The translations under genes and the position numbers were made by a program. This document shows positions 38,574 through 47,997 of a stretch of DNA of 51,823 nucleotides, one piece after another; the stretch's first letter is position 1, and every line of letters starts with the position of its first letter. This stretch comes from an uncultured Methanosarcinales archaeon. GTDB taxonomy: Archaea > Nanobdellota > Nanobdellia > Woesearchaeales > WJKL01. The notes beneath the pieces were generated by a model that was given only the letters and a program-made list of their open reading frames with translations, did no database searches and was not told the DNA's origin. The stretch is from NCBI GenBank assembly GCA_964521755.1, contig CAZFSZ010000004.1, forward strand, positions 1 through 51,823, read 5' to 3'.

Positions 38574-39211
38574 TTTGAAAGGATTTTATCTGGATCATAA
38601 ATCATTTTCATTGTTTTAGTTATTTCTAATGCCAGCTTGCTTTTTTTCTTTAATATATTTTCGAATTCTTTTTCTTTGAAAACCTGGCTCATTACCATTT
38701 TTTGTTTTCCTTTTTTACCTACAGCAATTGCACCAAATTTTTTATCAATAATCTTAGGACTTGAACTTAAGATTAAGATATCAATATCAGAATCTGCTTT
38801 TGCTTTTCCTATAGCAACCGAGCCAAAAACAGCCACAGCCTTAACAGTATCTAGAAAGTCTTCTAATATCCACCAGAGCTTTTCAATGTAATAATGAAAT
38901 TCTTTTTGAGGGATAGACCATATATTCAAATGCATTTTTAAATTTTTATCTACAGAAATAAATTTCTTCATTGCCATTCCAGGCACAGCTTCCATAAAAT
39001 AAACAAACCCTTTTCCAATTGAATAATTAGTATAAGGCCTGGTTTTTCCTTTTTTTTCTTCTACTTTTTTAATTAGGTTTAGGCTTTCCATATTTTTTAG
39101 GCTATTGTATATAGTAGGCATTGATTTTTTTAGTTTCTCTGATATTTCGGTTGGAGTTCTATCTTTTTTTGTTAACAATTTTATTATTTCCCATTGAGTT
39201 TCTGATATCAT
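38564..39211 (-). CDS. wHTH + minimal nucleotidyltransferase (MNT antitoxin-like)
   Basis: TPTEISEKLKKSMPTIYNSLKNM; VFGSVAIGKAKADSDIDIL. Confidence 0.88.
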   Translation of the reverse strand: MISETQWEIIKLLTKKDRTPTEISEKLKKSMPTIYNSLKNMESLNLIKKVEEKKGKTRPYTNYSIGKGFVYFMEAVPGMAMKKFISVDKNLKMHLNIWSIPQKEFHYYIEKLWWILEDFLDTVKAVAVFGSVAIGKAKADSDIDILILSSSPKIIDKKFGAIAVGKKGKQKMVMSQVFKEKEFENILKKKSKLALEITKTMKMIYDPDKILSKWK

Positions 39212-39255
39212 AGATATTTAGATATTTAGGTAAATATTTAAATATTTTACCTTTT

Positions 39256-39990
39256 CTATAAAACCTTTTCTGCTTCTGGGATAAAATACAATCTTGCCCA
39301 GGTTAAAAATGCAGTTAAGATTAGTAATGCTATATAGGGTGACAAAGTTATTTTTAGCAGTGAAAATATTGCTGTTAGTATGATAAAAACTGCTAATATT
39401 AGTAAACATGGAATGAAAAGGGTTTTTATCTTTGGCACTGCCTGTATTGATTTACCTAGAGCATAGAATATTTGATTATTTTTTGTGAAGTAGATATAGG
39501 TAAAAGTTAAAAGGTATACTGTTATCAGGGCAGATATAACAAGCAGTATCTTGAAAGATGATACTTTTATGAATACACTAAAGGAAGCCAGAAGCAAAAG
39601 GAATATTATCCCAATTATCAAGTTCAAAAGCATGAACTTAAGAAAATATTTAAGAGTTAATTTCTTTTTGAGAATTTTTGTGTAAATTAGGCCTCTAGAG
39701 AAAGACCATGCGGCTAAAATTATAATTATCATTAACAATACAGAAGCTATAAATACTGCCATGAATGAATTTAACTGGGCTGTTACCATGCTTATCTGCG
39801 CAGGAGACTGGGAAGCAAGATCCTGTATAGAAGCCAAGTCAAGGTTTGATGTTCTTTTTGAGAGTATTCTTTGTATAAAGAAAAGTGAAGGAAGGATTAT
39901 CGCATAGAACAGCAGATCATATATGTATATCTGCAGAAAGTTCATGTTCAATTTGAATGAATTTTTGAAAGTGGTTAATTGCTTTTTCAT
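39256..39990 (-). CDS. Multi-pass membrane protein (module copy 1)
   Basis: About 6 hydrophobic segments; ATG 1 nt after the 866-aa gene stop. Confidence 0.8.
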   Translation of the reverse strand: MKKQLTTFKNSFKLNMNFLQIYIYDLLFYAIILPSLFFIQRILSKRTSNLDLASIQDLASQSPAQISMVTAQLNSFMAVFIASVLLMIIIILAAWSFSRGLIYTKILKKKLTLKYFLKFMLLNLIIGIIFLLLLASFSVFIKVSSFKILLVISALITVYLLTFTYIYFTKNNQIFYALGKSIQAVPKIKTLFIPCLLILAVFIILTAIFSLLKITLSPYIALLILTAFLTWARLYFIPEAEKVL

Positions 39991-39991
39991 T

Positions 39992-42592
39992 CTAATCCCA
40001 ATCAAGGTTTATCTGTTGGTTCTGTGAGTCTGCATAGGGGTCATTTCCTGGTATGTTCTGCTGCTGGTTTCCGCTGTCTTCTCCGCTGCTGATGTGGTTG
40101 GCTTTGCTGTAGTCAGAAACAGTTATCTTGTTGCATATCTTTTTTCCGCTGTGAGGCCCTTTATAAAATTCAACACAGGCCTTGTCAAATTTTCTTGGAT
40201 GATAATTTATTGCTGCAAATTCTCCTCTTGCACTATATGTATCTCCGTTTCCTTCTTCTTTTCCTTCAAGCAAGACATTCATATTAAATAATTCAGGGCC
40301 TTTTTCTCCATTTTCTTTAAGGAAAACATTGAATTCAACATCTTCATACATGGCTTTTACATAGAATGTTATCTTATACATATATACAGAAGGGTCCTGC
40401 AATGTTATAAGACTGCTTCTTTCAGCCTGAATACTTGCAGTTGGTCTTATCATGCCTGATGGAAGCTCTACAAATGCATCTGAGCCAGAGGTTCCGTCAT
40501 CTCCTGGTTCATATCCAAAAGATCTGCACAAGAAACTGAATACACACTGCTTTCCTCCCAGCACTCCTCCTGCTATGTTTGTGCAGTATTTTTCATTCCA
40601 TCCTCTTAATCTTTCCTCTACATGATCTGCATAGCCTGAATTTATTGTTGAATATATTCCTGAAACTCCTCTGAAAGAAAGCGCCTCAAAAAGCTCTGAT
40701 AAAGAATCGAAAGATCCCCAGTAGCTGTAACTTGTGAATTCATTATAATCATCTCCAAGAATCTCTTTAAGCTTATCATCATCTAACTTTTCTCCTTTTT
40801 TAAGAGCGTTGAACGCTTTTTTTATCTGATCATCACTAAGAGAAAGATCTCCTTCTGCTGTTATGAAATATGAATTAAGGTTTGTTTTTAATGCATCATA
40901 AGCTTTATTGCTAAGGTGGTCTTTAGGGTCAAAATTTCCATTGTTGAAAGCTTCCAGTGCTTCTTCTCTATTATCAAATGGTTTGGATGAGCCTGTCCAT
41001 CTTTCAACTGCATCTATAAAATTATCTTCATATCTTTCATAAGCGTCTTCTGAAAGTTGTTTTTCAAGATTTGTAAGTTTAAGTTCTCTGTTTTCAAATT
41101 GTTCTTTGTGATCATTTTTTAAATCGTCTTTTCTTAGGCCTGATATTCCCATTGATGCTCCGAGGTATTCTGCATAATCACTGTCATCTACTTTTTTGAG
41201 TCCCTCATTAGTTAAAGCTGAAAGATCAAAATTTTCAGGTTCTGGAACGTTTCCATCTTGGAAATCATTTGCAGAAAGATCTAATCCTGTGTTTTTGTTT
41301 ATTTCGGCTATATTTTGATTATATTCATCAATAGCATCTCCTGCATACTGTTCCATAAGTTCTTCTTCAGTCATGCTGTGATATTTAGAAGGTACAATGT
41401 CGGGCTTCATCTCAAAATCATCTCCCAGAGCCTCTATTGCTTCTTCTTCCTGCCTCAAATTATCTTCAGTTACAGTTGTTACAGCAAAAGAAACAGTAGG
41501 ATTCTCTTTTTCAATATCATCTTCAATACCAGCATATTTATCATAAAGAACTATCTCTCCTCTTTCATTTATCGTTCCTATCTCACTGTCTCTAAATGGA
41601 TCATCTTCATATACTTTTAATACGCCATTTTCTTCACGAGTATAGATTGTATTCCCATTGTGAGCAATTTCATTTCCCTGATTATCATTAAGAACAACAT
41701 TGCCTTCAGTAAAACCATTGTCTGCTCCAGAATATTCATCTCCTTGTCTTAAAGGAGCATCATTAGAAAATCTGTTTGTACTTTCCGCTGAAACTGCGGC
41801 ATCATATGCTTCTTTTTCAACTTCTTTTCCATCGATAAAATAATGCTGTTTATTTTCATTGTCAACTATTATTGTTTTTGATTCTCCTTTAAATTCATTC
41901 AAATCCAATGCATATTGCATTCTTCCCTCATACGTTGCAAGACCATAATCTTTTGGATTGGGCTTTTCTGATGTTGTACCATCTTGTTCAGCTTGTTTTT
42001 CTTCTAGAAGATTATTTACATAATCTATATCTTCCTGAAGATTCCAAAAACCTGCTCCATTAATCTCTCTGTATTCTTCATCTGTTAACAATCCATCTTG
42101 ATAAAATTTATTTATTAAAGCTTCATTATCAGAATAACTTCCACTTTTTGAACTTAAAGCATTTAATGCTGTAGAATAACCATAAAGTTGGTCTTCAGGA
42201 GGGTTATTAAGATTTAAATAGTTTCCAGATTTTAAGTTTTTTTGTACATATTCAGATTTATCTTTACCTTGCCCTAATTTGGTTTCATAATATTCATGAG
42301 CATTTGCAGTTGATTGTCTTAAACTAACATATTCTGTATTTTTCAGATCATTATAATAATCTCCTGCAAGATCTGTTGGAATGTTGTAGTTATAAAAGGT
42401 CTGTCCTTCTCTATCTGAAACAGGATCTTCAAGAACCATCCATTTAGCGTCCCCTACATAACGCAACACTCCATCATCATAATTTCCATCTTCATTTGTA
42501 TCAATAGAGACATCAAAAGGTTTTGTTTCTGCTGTAACCATACTACAAACTACCAAAAACATTACAATTCCAACTAATATTTTTTTGTTCAT
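39992..42592 (-). CDS. 866-aa secreted acidic protein with Cys-containing C-terminal domain
   Basis: Sec signal ending MVTA; DTNEDGNYDD Ca-binding-like loop; ATGA-coupled to the upstream gene. Confidence 0.8.
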   Translation of the reverse strand: MNKKILVGIVMFLVVCSMVTAETKPFDVSIDTNEDGNYDDGVLRYVGDAKWMVLEDPVSDREGQTFYNYNIPTDLAGDYYNDLKNTEYVSLRQSTANAHEYYETKLGQGKDKSEYVQKNLKSGNYLNLNNPPEDQLYGYSTALNALSSKSGSYSDNEALINKFYQDGLLTDEEYREINGAGFWNLQEDIDYVNNLLEEKQAEQDGTTSEKPNPKDYGLATYEGRMQYALDLNEFKGESKTIIVDNENKQHYFIDGKEVEKEAYDAAVSAESTNRFSNDAPLRQGDEYSGADNGFTEGNVVLNDNQGNEIAHNGNTIYTREENGVLKVYEDDPFRDSEIGTINERGEIVLYDKYAGIEDDIEKENPTVSFAVTTVTEDNLRQEEEAIEALGDDFEMKPDIVPSKYHSMTEEELMEQYAGDAIDEYNQNIAEINKNTGLDLSANDFQDGNVPEPENFDLSALTNEGLKKVDDSDYAEYLGASMGISGLRKDDLKNDHKEQFENRELKLTNLEKQLSEDAYERYEDNFIDAVERWTGSSKPFDNREEALEAFNNGNFDPKDHLSNKAYDALKTNLNSYFITAEGDLSLSDDQIKKAFNALKKGEKLDDDKLKEILGDDYNEFTSYSYWGSFDSLSELFEALSFRGVSGIYSTINSGYADHVEERLRGWNEKYCTNIAGGVLGGKQCVFSFLCRSFGYEPGDDGTSGSDAFVELPSGMIRPTASIQAERSSLITLQDPSVYMYKITFYVKAMYEDVEFNVFLKENGEKGPELFNMNVLLEGKEEGNGDTYSARGEFAAINYHPRKFDKACVEFYKGPHSGKKICNKITVSDYSKANHISSGEDSGNQQQNIPGNDPYADSQNQQINLDWD

Positions 42593-45500
42593 TCTTCTTC
42601 AAAATCCTCTACTTCTGCGCAGTAATCATAGCCGCCGTATGCTGATATGTCATCTGCTGCTGCGAATGATTCTATATTTGATTCTATTGATTTGTAAAGG
42701 TCAACTGTCCTTAACAATTCACAAAAATGGTAGGCTATGTGGTGTCCTGCTGACGGCTGTTCAAATTTCATGCATATTATATAACTTGCAACATCCAATA
42801 TGTATAAGGGGTCTGCATATGCCTGTTTGATTGAATTGATCAGCATATCTATAAATCCTGTCCATGGAGATATCTGGAATATCTCTCCTACAACATATTT
42901 GCAGTATCCATAGCTTTTTATCTTTTTGCAAAGGTCAACAGTAGTTCCTGTTGTTGGGCTGTTTTGAATACATGATATGTACTGGCACTGTATCTGTGAT
43001 GCTTTTTCAAGCCCAAAAAGTATTCCAGGGATGCAGGCAGTCAATGCTCCTCCAACAATACTGTCTCTTGAATTTAAGAATGTTGAAGGAGGAAGGTCGT
43101 TTTTAAATTTGTTGAATATTTTTTGGGATTCTTCTGGCCAAAGATTCTGATTAAGCATCCATTTGTCTGTTGCTGTTTGCCAGGAGCCCATTATGTTTAT
43201 AAATTGGTTATCTGAATTTTTTGCTTTTTCCGGATCTACATTACATGTCACTAAAGCACAAAAAAATTCAAAACCAGTATAAGCAGCATCTGTTGCTGCA
43301 CCTATCCTGCCGCTTGCTGTGACAACTGAATGTGTAGCTCCAGCAGCTTGCCCTCCTGAAGCTGCATCTACAGGCAGAACAAAAATCTGCCTTAGATGTG
43401 TAAGAAGCTCTCCTATATCTTTTAATCCTGCCAATATCCTGCATATGTCCTTGGCCATCTTGACAAATTCATTTAGATCGTGAACTGTTCCATAAAGATC
43501 ATAAACCCAATTCTTAGCATCATCAATTTCATTTTCCAATGAACTGCTTGCTTCTCCTAAAGGCTGGTTAAAAAATCCAACAGAAAGGTTTACATTTTCT
43601 GTTTCAGGCTGGGATATTGTATTTTCCGGAGTTAAGGTTGTTATCTCCAGAGGGCATGTCAGATTAAGCTCGTCTAATCCAGAGACATCAAATGTTTTTA
43701 GTTCAAGGATAATATAAGGGTGTGTGCTTCCTGCTTCATTATTCATCAAAAACTGGTCATCTATATAAACAGCATCTGCCCCTACGCAGTCACCCAATTC
43801 AATATTTAGTGTGGATGCATCTTTTACACCTTTTAGTTCCACATCAAACCACATCCTTTGAGGAAATATATTGACGGTCTGTCTGTCAAGTCTTGGAGGC
43901 TGTTTTCCGACAACTTTTGCTGCCCAATAATCTGTTATGTTTGTTTCAACTGCCAAAACATCCACTTCTTCTGTTATTGTCTCTGAAGGGTTCATGGCTG
44001 TATCATAAAAAGTAAAATTAATCTCTGCATCTTCAAAAGGTCCTGAGATTGAATTTATGATCCACTGGCATTTCCATCTTTCTTCTTTAACACAGCTAGC
44101 TTCAAGTTTATCACAGTCAGGCATCGCTTTTATGCTGCAGATGTCAGCATAAGCAGTTACCCCTGATTCTTCTTCAGCATAAGCAGTTATCTCCAGGCTG
44201 TCTGAGATAGCAAGATAATCTTTTCTTTCAGCACCTATTGCAATTATATTAATATCTTCTTCGGGCTCTGGCGGAATTATATCCACATGGATTAATTTAC
44301 TGGCTCTTGCTGAATTGCCTGCATCATCTGATGTAACAAGGTATATTTCAGGTGTTCCTGTTGTTTTAGTGGTGGTTATATTGAACCAAGTGCATTCCCA
44401 AAAAGAATCACTTATCTCAACACATTCGTCTGCTGCAATTGAAGTTGGATAAAGATCAGAGCTTAGTTCTCTTAATGAAAGATATGCATTTCCCTTGTTA
44501 AACCCGGAGCCTGATTCTTCAAACAAAACAGATATATTTACAGGTCTTATGCTGATATAGCTTCTTCCTTCATATTCATAGCCTGTGCTGATAGAAGACA
44601 CCACCGGATCAACAGAGTCTATCCCGTAAGGTCTTGCAGGTGTTGTTTCAGTATTGCTGTTTCCGAATATATCTACAGCAGTGATTTCAGCAGATGCTGA
44701 AAAAGCTCCCTGAGCCAGTATTGTGTCTGTCCATATACATTCATGAACATCACCATAAAGCCTTTGACAGGATACTGCAGGAAGACGTGAAGAGCATCCA
44801 AAATCAGAAAGATCTATTAATGATCTGTCAGAGTCAATGCTGCTTTCATCTATTATCTCAATTATAAAATTGTATGTACCTGAGCCCAGGAATTCGTCTA
44901 TTACTGCTCCTTCAGGGCTTTGAATCCTAAAAGTGTTTGTATCAATCTGGGGGGAAGATATATCTATTGCTAATCCTGTGCTTGAAGCAGCTGCTTCATT
45001 TTCAAGCCAGTCGTATGCTTTTAATATTATTATCCCTGAATCAGGTATAGGTTCAAGTATCTTTAAATCATCTACAATGCAGTTTCCAGGATCATCTTTA
45101 TTTACCTCTTCTGAATATTTTGTGCTGCCGTCCCAAAATTCAATCCTTTTTACTCCGCTGCAAAAATCATAATTGCCTTCAAGATAAGCTGAATCTTTTA
45201 CTGTAAATTCAACTGCAATCCTGTTGTCTCCTGATTTTGCAACATCTGTTACAGTTATTTCAGGAGCAAGGTCATCTACTTTTATATCAATAGGCACTGA
45301 ATCTTTTTCTTGGTCACTGTCTGAAAAGAGCTTAACATCAAAAGCAAAAGAATTATCCCATTCAAGGAAAGGAGATATACAGGAGCATTTAAAATTGCCG
45401 TTTAATTGTGTGCATCCAGGAGAATTGCATAAAGGATTTGAAAAAGGAGTTGTTTCAATATAGACCTGATCTGAAGTTATGTTGCTGTCGTCTTCCAAAG

Positions 45501-45669
45501 AAGCGTCTACTTCGATAGTCAAACTGTCTTCTCTTTTGACAAAACCAGTCACATTATCTTCTCCGCTGTATCTTACAACATTTAATTCAGCAAAAACATC
45601 TGCAGAATAGACAGGCAGAGCTATCATTAAGTAGGCTATGATTATTGAAATTAATCTATTGGATTTCAT
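42589..45669 (-). CDS. 1026-aa secreted Ig-like / Cys-rich surface protein
   Basis: Sec signal; repeated D..P / D..GN Ig-like units with C-x8-9-C-x-W motifs; Cys-rich helical C terminus. Confidence 0.85.
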   Translation of the reverse strand: MKSNRLISIIIAYLMIALPVYSADVFAELNVVRYSGEDNVTGFVKREDSLTIEVDASLEDDSNITSDQVYIETTPFSNPLCNSPGCTQLNGNFKCSCISPFLEWDNSFAFDVKLFSDSDQEKDSVPIDIKVDDLAPEITVTDVAKSGDNRIAVEFTVKDSAYLEGNYDFCSGVKRIEFWDGSTKYSEEVNKDDPGNCIVDDLKILEPIPDSGIIILKAYDWLENEAAASSTGLAIDISSPQIDTNTFRIQSPEGAVIDEFLGSGTYNFIIEIIDESSIDSDRSLIDLSDFGCSSRLPAVSCQRLYGDVHECIWTDTILAQGAFSASAEITAVDIFGNSNTETTPARPYGIDSVDPVVSSISTGYEYEGRSYISIRPVNISVLFEESGSGFNKGNAYLSLRELSSDLYPTSIAADECVEISDSFWECTWFNITTTKTTGTPEIYLVTSDDAGNSARASKLIHVDIIPPEPEEDINIIAIGAERKDYLAISDSLEITAYAEEESGVTAYADICSIKAMPDCDKLEASCVKEERWKCQWIINSISGPFEDAEINFTFYDTAMNPSETITEEVDVLAVETNITDYWAAKVVGKQPPRLDRQTVNIFPQRMWFDVELKGVKDASTLNIELGDCVGADAVYIDDQFLMNNEAGSTHPYIILELKTFDVSGLDELNLTCPLEITTLTPENTISQPETENVNLSVGFFNQPLGEASSSLENEIDDAKNWVYDLYGTVHDLNEFVKMAKDICRILAGLKDIGELLTHLRQIFVLPVDAASGGQAAGATHSVVTASGRIGAATDAAYTGFEFFCALVTCNVDPEKAKNSDNQFINIMGSWQTATDKWMLNQNLWPEESQKIFNKFKNDLPPSTFLNSRDSIVGGALTACIPGILFGLEKASQIQCQYISCIQNSPTTGTTVDLCKKIKSYGYCKYVVGEIFQISPWTGFIDMLINSIKQAYADPLYILDVASYIICMKFEQPSAGHHIAYHFCELLRTVDLYKSIESNIESFAAADDISAYGGYDYCAEVEDFEEE

Positions 45670-45675
45670 TTTTTA

Positions 45676-47868
45676 TCATTCAATACCTACAGGTGCATAC
45701 TGTGTTTCATTTTTAAAATCCGGCTCTAAATTATCTCTATACAAATTGGAATATTCCTGAATTTTTCCTATTGCTCCTACTTCTCCTGATTTAGTAGGAA
45801 GAGAAGGAGCTATTGTATAAAAAATTATCTCATTATCATCGTACAGGTCAGTTTTATTTATAATAAAATATCTGTTTAGATTATTTAAGATGGCTCCTCC
45901 GCTTGGATAGCTTTCATTGAAAATTATAGAGGGAATTGTATATTCTTCATCAGTTCCAAACAATTCATTCCAGAATCCTCCGCTAATCTCTTTTTTCTCT
46001 TTTGGAATTATGTGGGGCTGATCAAAATAAAGTATATTTGTTATATCCACTTCATATTTTCCAGGAATTAATCTCATAGTTGACGGGCTGGTTTGATTTC
46101 CCCAATAAACTGCTGCAGTAGTAACATCTTCTTCTCCAATATTTTGTTTTATCTTTTTGATATTTATAACAGACTGCTCAACATCGGTTTGGAAATCAAG
46201 ATTTACCGGATTAAATCCTAATTGTTTATTTTCTATAGAATAAGACCATTTTTTAACCTTAATTTCTTTTTCTATATATGGGTATGCTTCTATTGTTCCA
46301 AGATTGTTTCTCAGGTCAAACTCTGCAGTTAAAAATTGAGCAGGAATAAAATAATCATATTTTGTAAAAGAGATAACTCCATTTAAGCAAGGAGGTAATT
46401 TCTCAACAAATTCTCCTTGTTGGTTTGTCTTTCCAATAAAACAGCTGTCTTCTCCGCAAGTATAAGTTATCTGAACATCTTCAAGAGGCTCTTCTGTAAC
46501 TGCATCTATAATATTGAAAGTTATGTTTCCGCTGGTTCTTTGATTTAGATTACAGAACAAAGACTCCTGAAATGTTGAACCTCCTTCTGTAAATTGGAAA
46601 CTGGAATCAATTGGCCTGTTATTTCTTAGATTTCCTTCAAGTGCAAATCTAAATGAATAGCCTTTGTTGTTGAATGCAGAAGGATCTGTTATAGTAATCA
46701 AGGATGGAAAAGATATATCATAATTGGTCTTATATTCCTGCATCCCGCTTGGAAAGAACCAAAAATTAATAGACTGGGGTTTGATTATTCCTCCGTGGCC
46801 TGCGTTAAAATAGATTGGCCACCAGCTTAAATAATCAAATCTTACTTCTAAATCATCATAGGTCCTATTTATATTAACAGGAATCTCCATGCCATATATA
46901 TGTTCTTTTAGAGGGTTGTTAGGATATGCTCTTCTTTCATAGTTTAAGGTATAAGGAACCTGAAGTCCTGGAATATAAGTCATGAGCATGGATTCCAGAT
47001 CTTTTTTTACTTTTTGAACAGACCATACTGTTCCTCCCCCCATCTCAAAAGTCATCTCTGATGAAGGAGGAAGATTATTTTCGTCAAGCCCCTGAAAATA
47101 CGCAATTACATTTATAGCCTGCTGCTCAAGAAAAGAGATGTTCATCTGAGAGTTTGTTATTTCAGTCGCAAATTCATATATCTTTCTTAGATTTAATGGA
47201 AGAGAAACATAAAACTGCTCTATATCTGTTTTTGCCTGTTCTGTCTGAACTTCAAGAGGATATTCCACATAAACACTTACATCATTTCTTCCTACAACAG
47301 CTGTTGCAGAAGGCCTTCCTCTTGTTTCTATCTCATATCCTCTTTCTTCAAAAACAGAGAAATCCAGGCATTCATCAAGATTATCCAAAACATAGTTCTT
47401 TATTTGAGATTCTATTGTATTTCCTGTTCCTTCTAATCCTGGTCTTTGAGAATTGAATTCACAAGGAATATCTTTTCCACAGTTATTTTGGGATTCAAGA
47501 TACCACCAGTAAGGTATCTTTATGTCTGAATTAGAAAAAAGAGAAACCCCATATGTTTCAGTCGGATTTATATCCGGAATAGATATACCTGCTGAACTAA
47601 GATCAACATAACCTCCCTGGTTGCCTAGTTTACGCAAAGCTTCCTCTGCTGTCTGGAAAACACATTCTTCTACATAATCTTTTACTGGAAGTGCCTGTTC
47701 AGGAACTTCTTCTATCACTGGAATAACAGGAAGCTCTTCTCTTACAGTTGTGTATCTAAAATAAAAAACTCCGGAAGCAACAAGAAGCACTAAGACACCA
47801 ACAATGATAAAAATAGTCACTTGCGCTTTTTTTCCTTTAAAAATATCTCTAAGACCTCTTTTTTCCAC
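45676..47868 (-). CDS. 730-aa protein with class III (prepilin-like) signal peptide
   Basis: GTG start with GAGGGG SD; KGKKA/QVTIFIIVGVLVLLV; paralog of 35362-37275. Confidence 0.8.
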   Translation of the reverse strand: MEKRGLRDIFKGKKAQVTIFIIVGVLVLLVASGVFYFRYTTVREELPVIPVIEEVPEQALPVKDYVEECVFQTAEEALRKLGNQGGYVDLSSAGISIPDINPTETYGVSLFSNSDIKIPYWWYLESQNNCGKDIPCEFNSQRPGLEGTGNTIESQIKNYVLDNLDECLDFSVFEERGYEIETRGRPSATAVVGRNDVSVYVEYPLEVQTEQAKTDIEQFYVSLPLNLRKIYEFATEITNSQMNISFLEQQAINVIAYFQGLDENNLPPSSEMTFEMGGGTVWSVQKVKKDLESMLMTYIPGLQVPYTLNYERRAYPNNPLKEHIYGMEIPVNINRTYDDLEVRFDYLSWWPIYFNAGHGGIIKPQSINFWFFPSGMQEYKTNYDISFPSLITITDPSAFNNKGYSFRFALEGNLRNNRPIDSSFQFTEGGSTFQESLFCNLNQRTSGNITFNIIDAVTEEPLEDVQITYTCGEDSCFIGKTNQQGEFVEKLPPCLNGVISFTKYDYFIPAQFLTAEFDLRNNLGTIEAYPYIEKEIKVKKWSYSIENKQLGFNPVNLDFQTDVEQSVINIKKIKQNIGEEDVTTAAVYWGNQTSPSTMRLIPGKYEVDITNILYFDQPHIIPKEKKEISGGFWNELFGTDEEYTIPSIIFNESYPSGGAILNNLNRYFIINKTDLYDDNEIIFYTIAPSLPTKSGEVGAIGKIQEYSNLYRDNLEPDFKNETQYAPVGIE

Positions 47869-47997
47869 TAATTATCCCCTCTTTAGGATAATTTGATGTT
47901 TTGATTTATAAAAGTTTCTATAATATTTAGATATATTTTTTTGCTTCTTGTTAATGATAGTAAAATATTTTAAACAGTGTATGTTTTCTATTGCATA

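Noticed and set aside
29485-47868. Surface gene block as a provirus or conjugative element
   Set aside because: No capsid, terminase, integrase, VirB4 or relaxase motifs recognised, and no att-like repeats seen.
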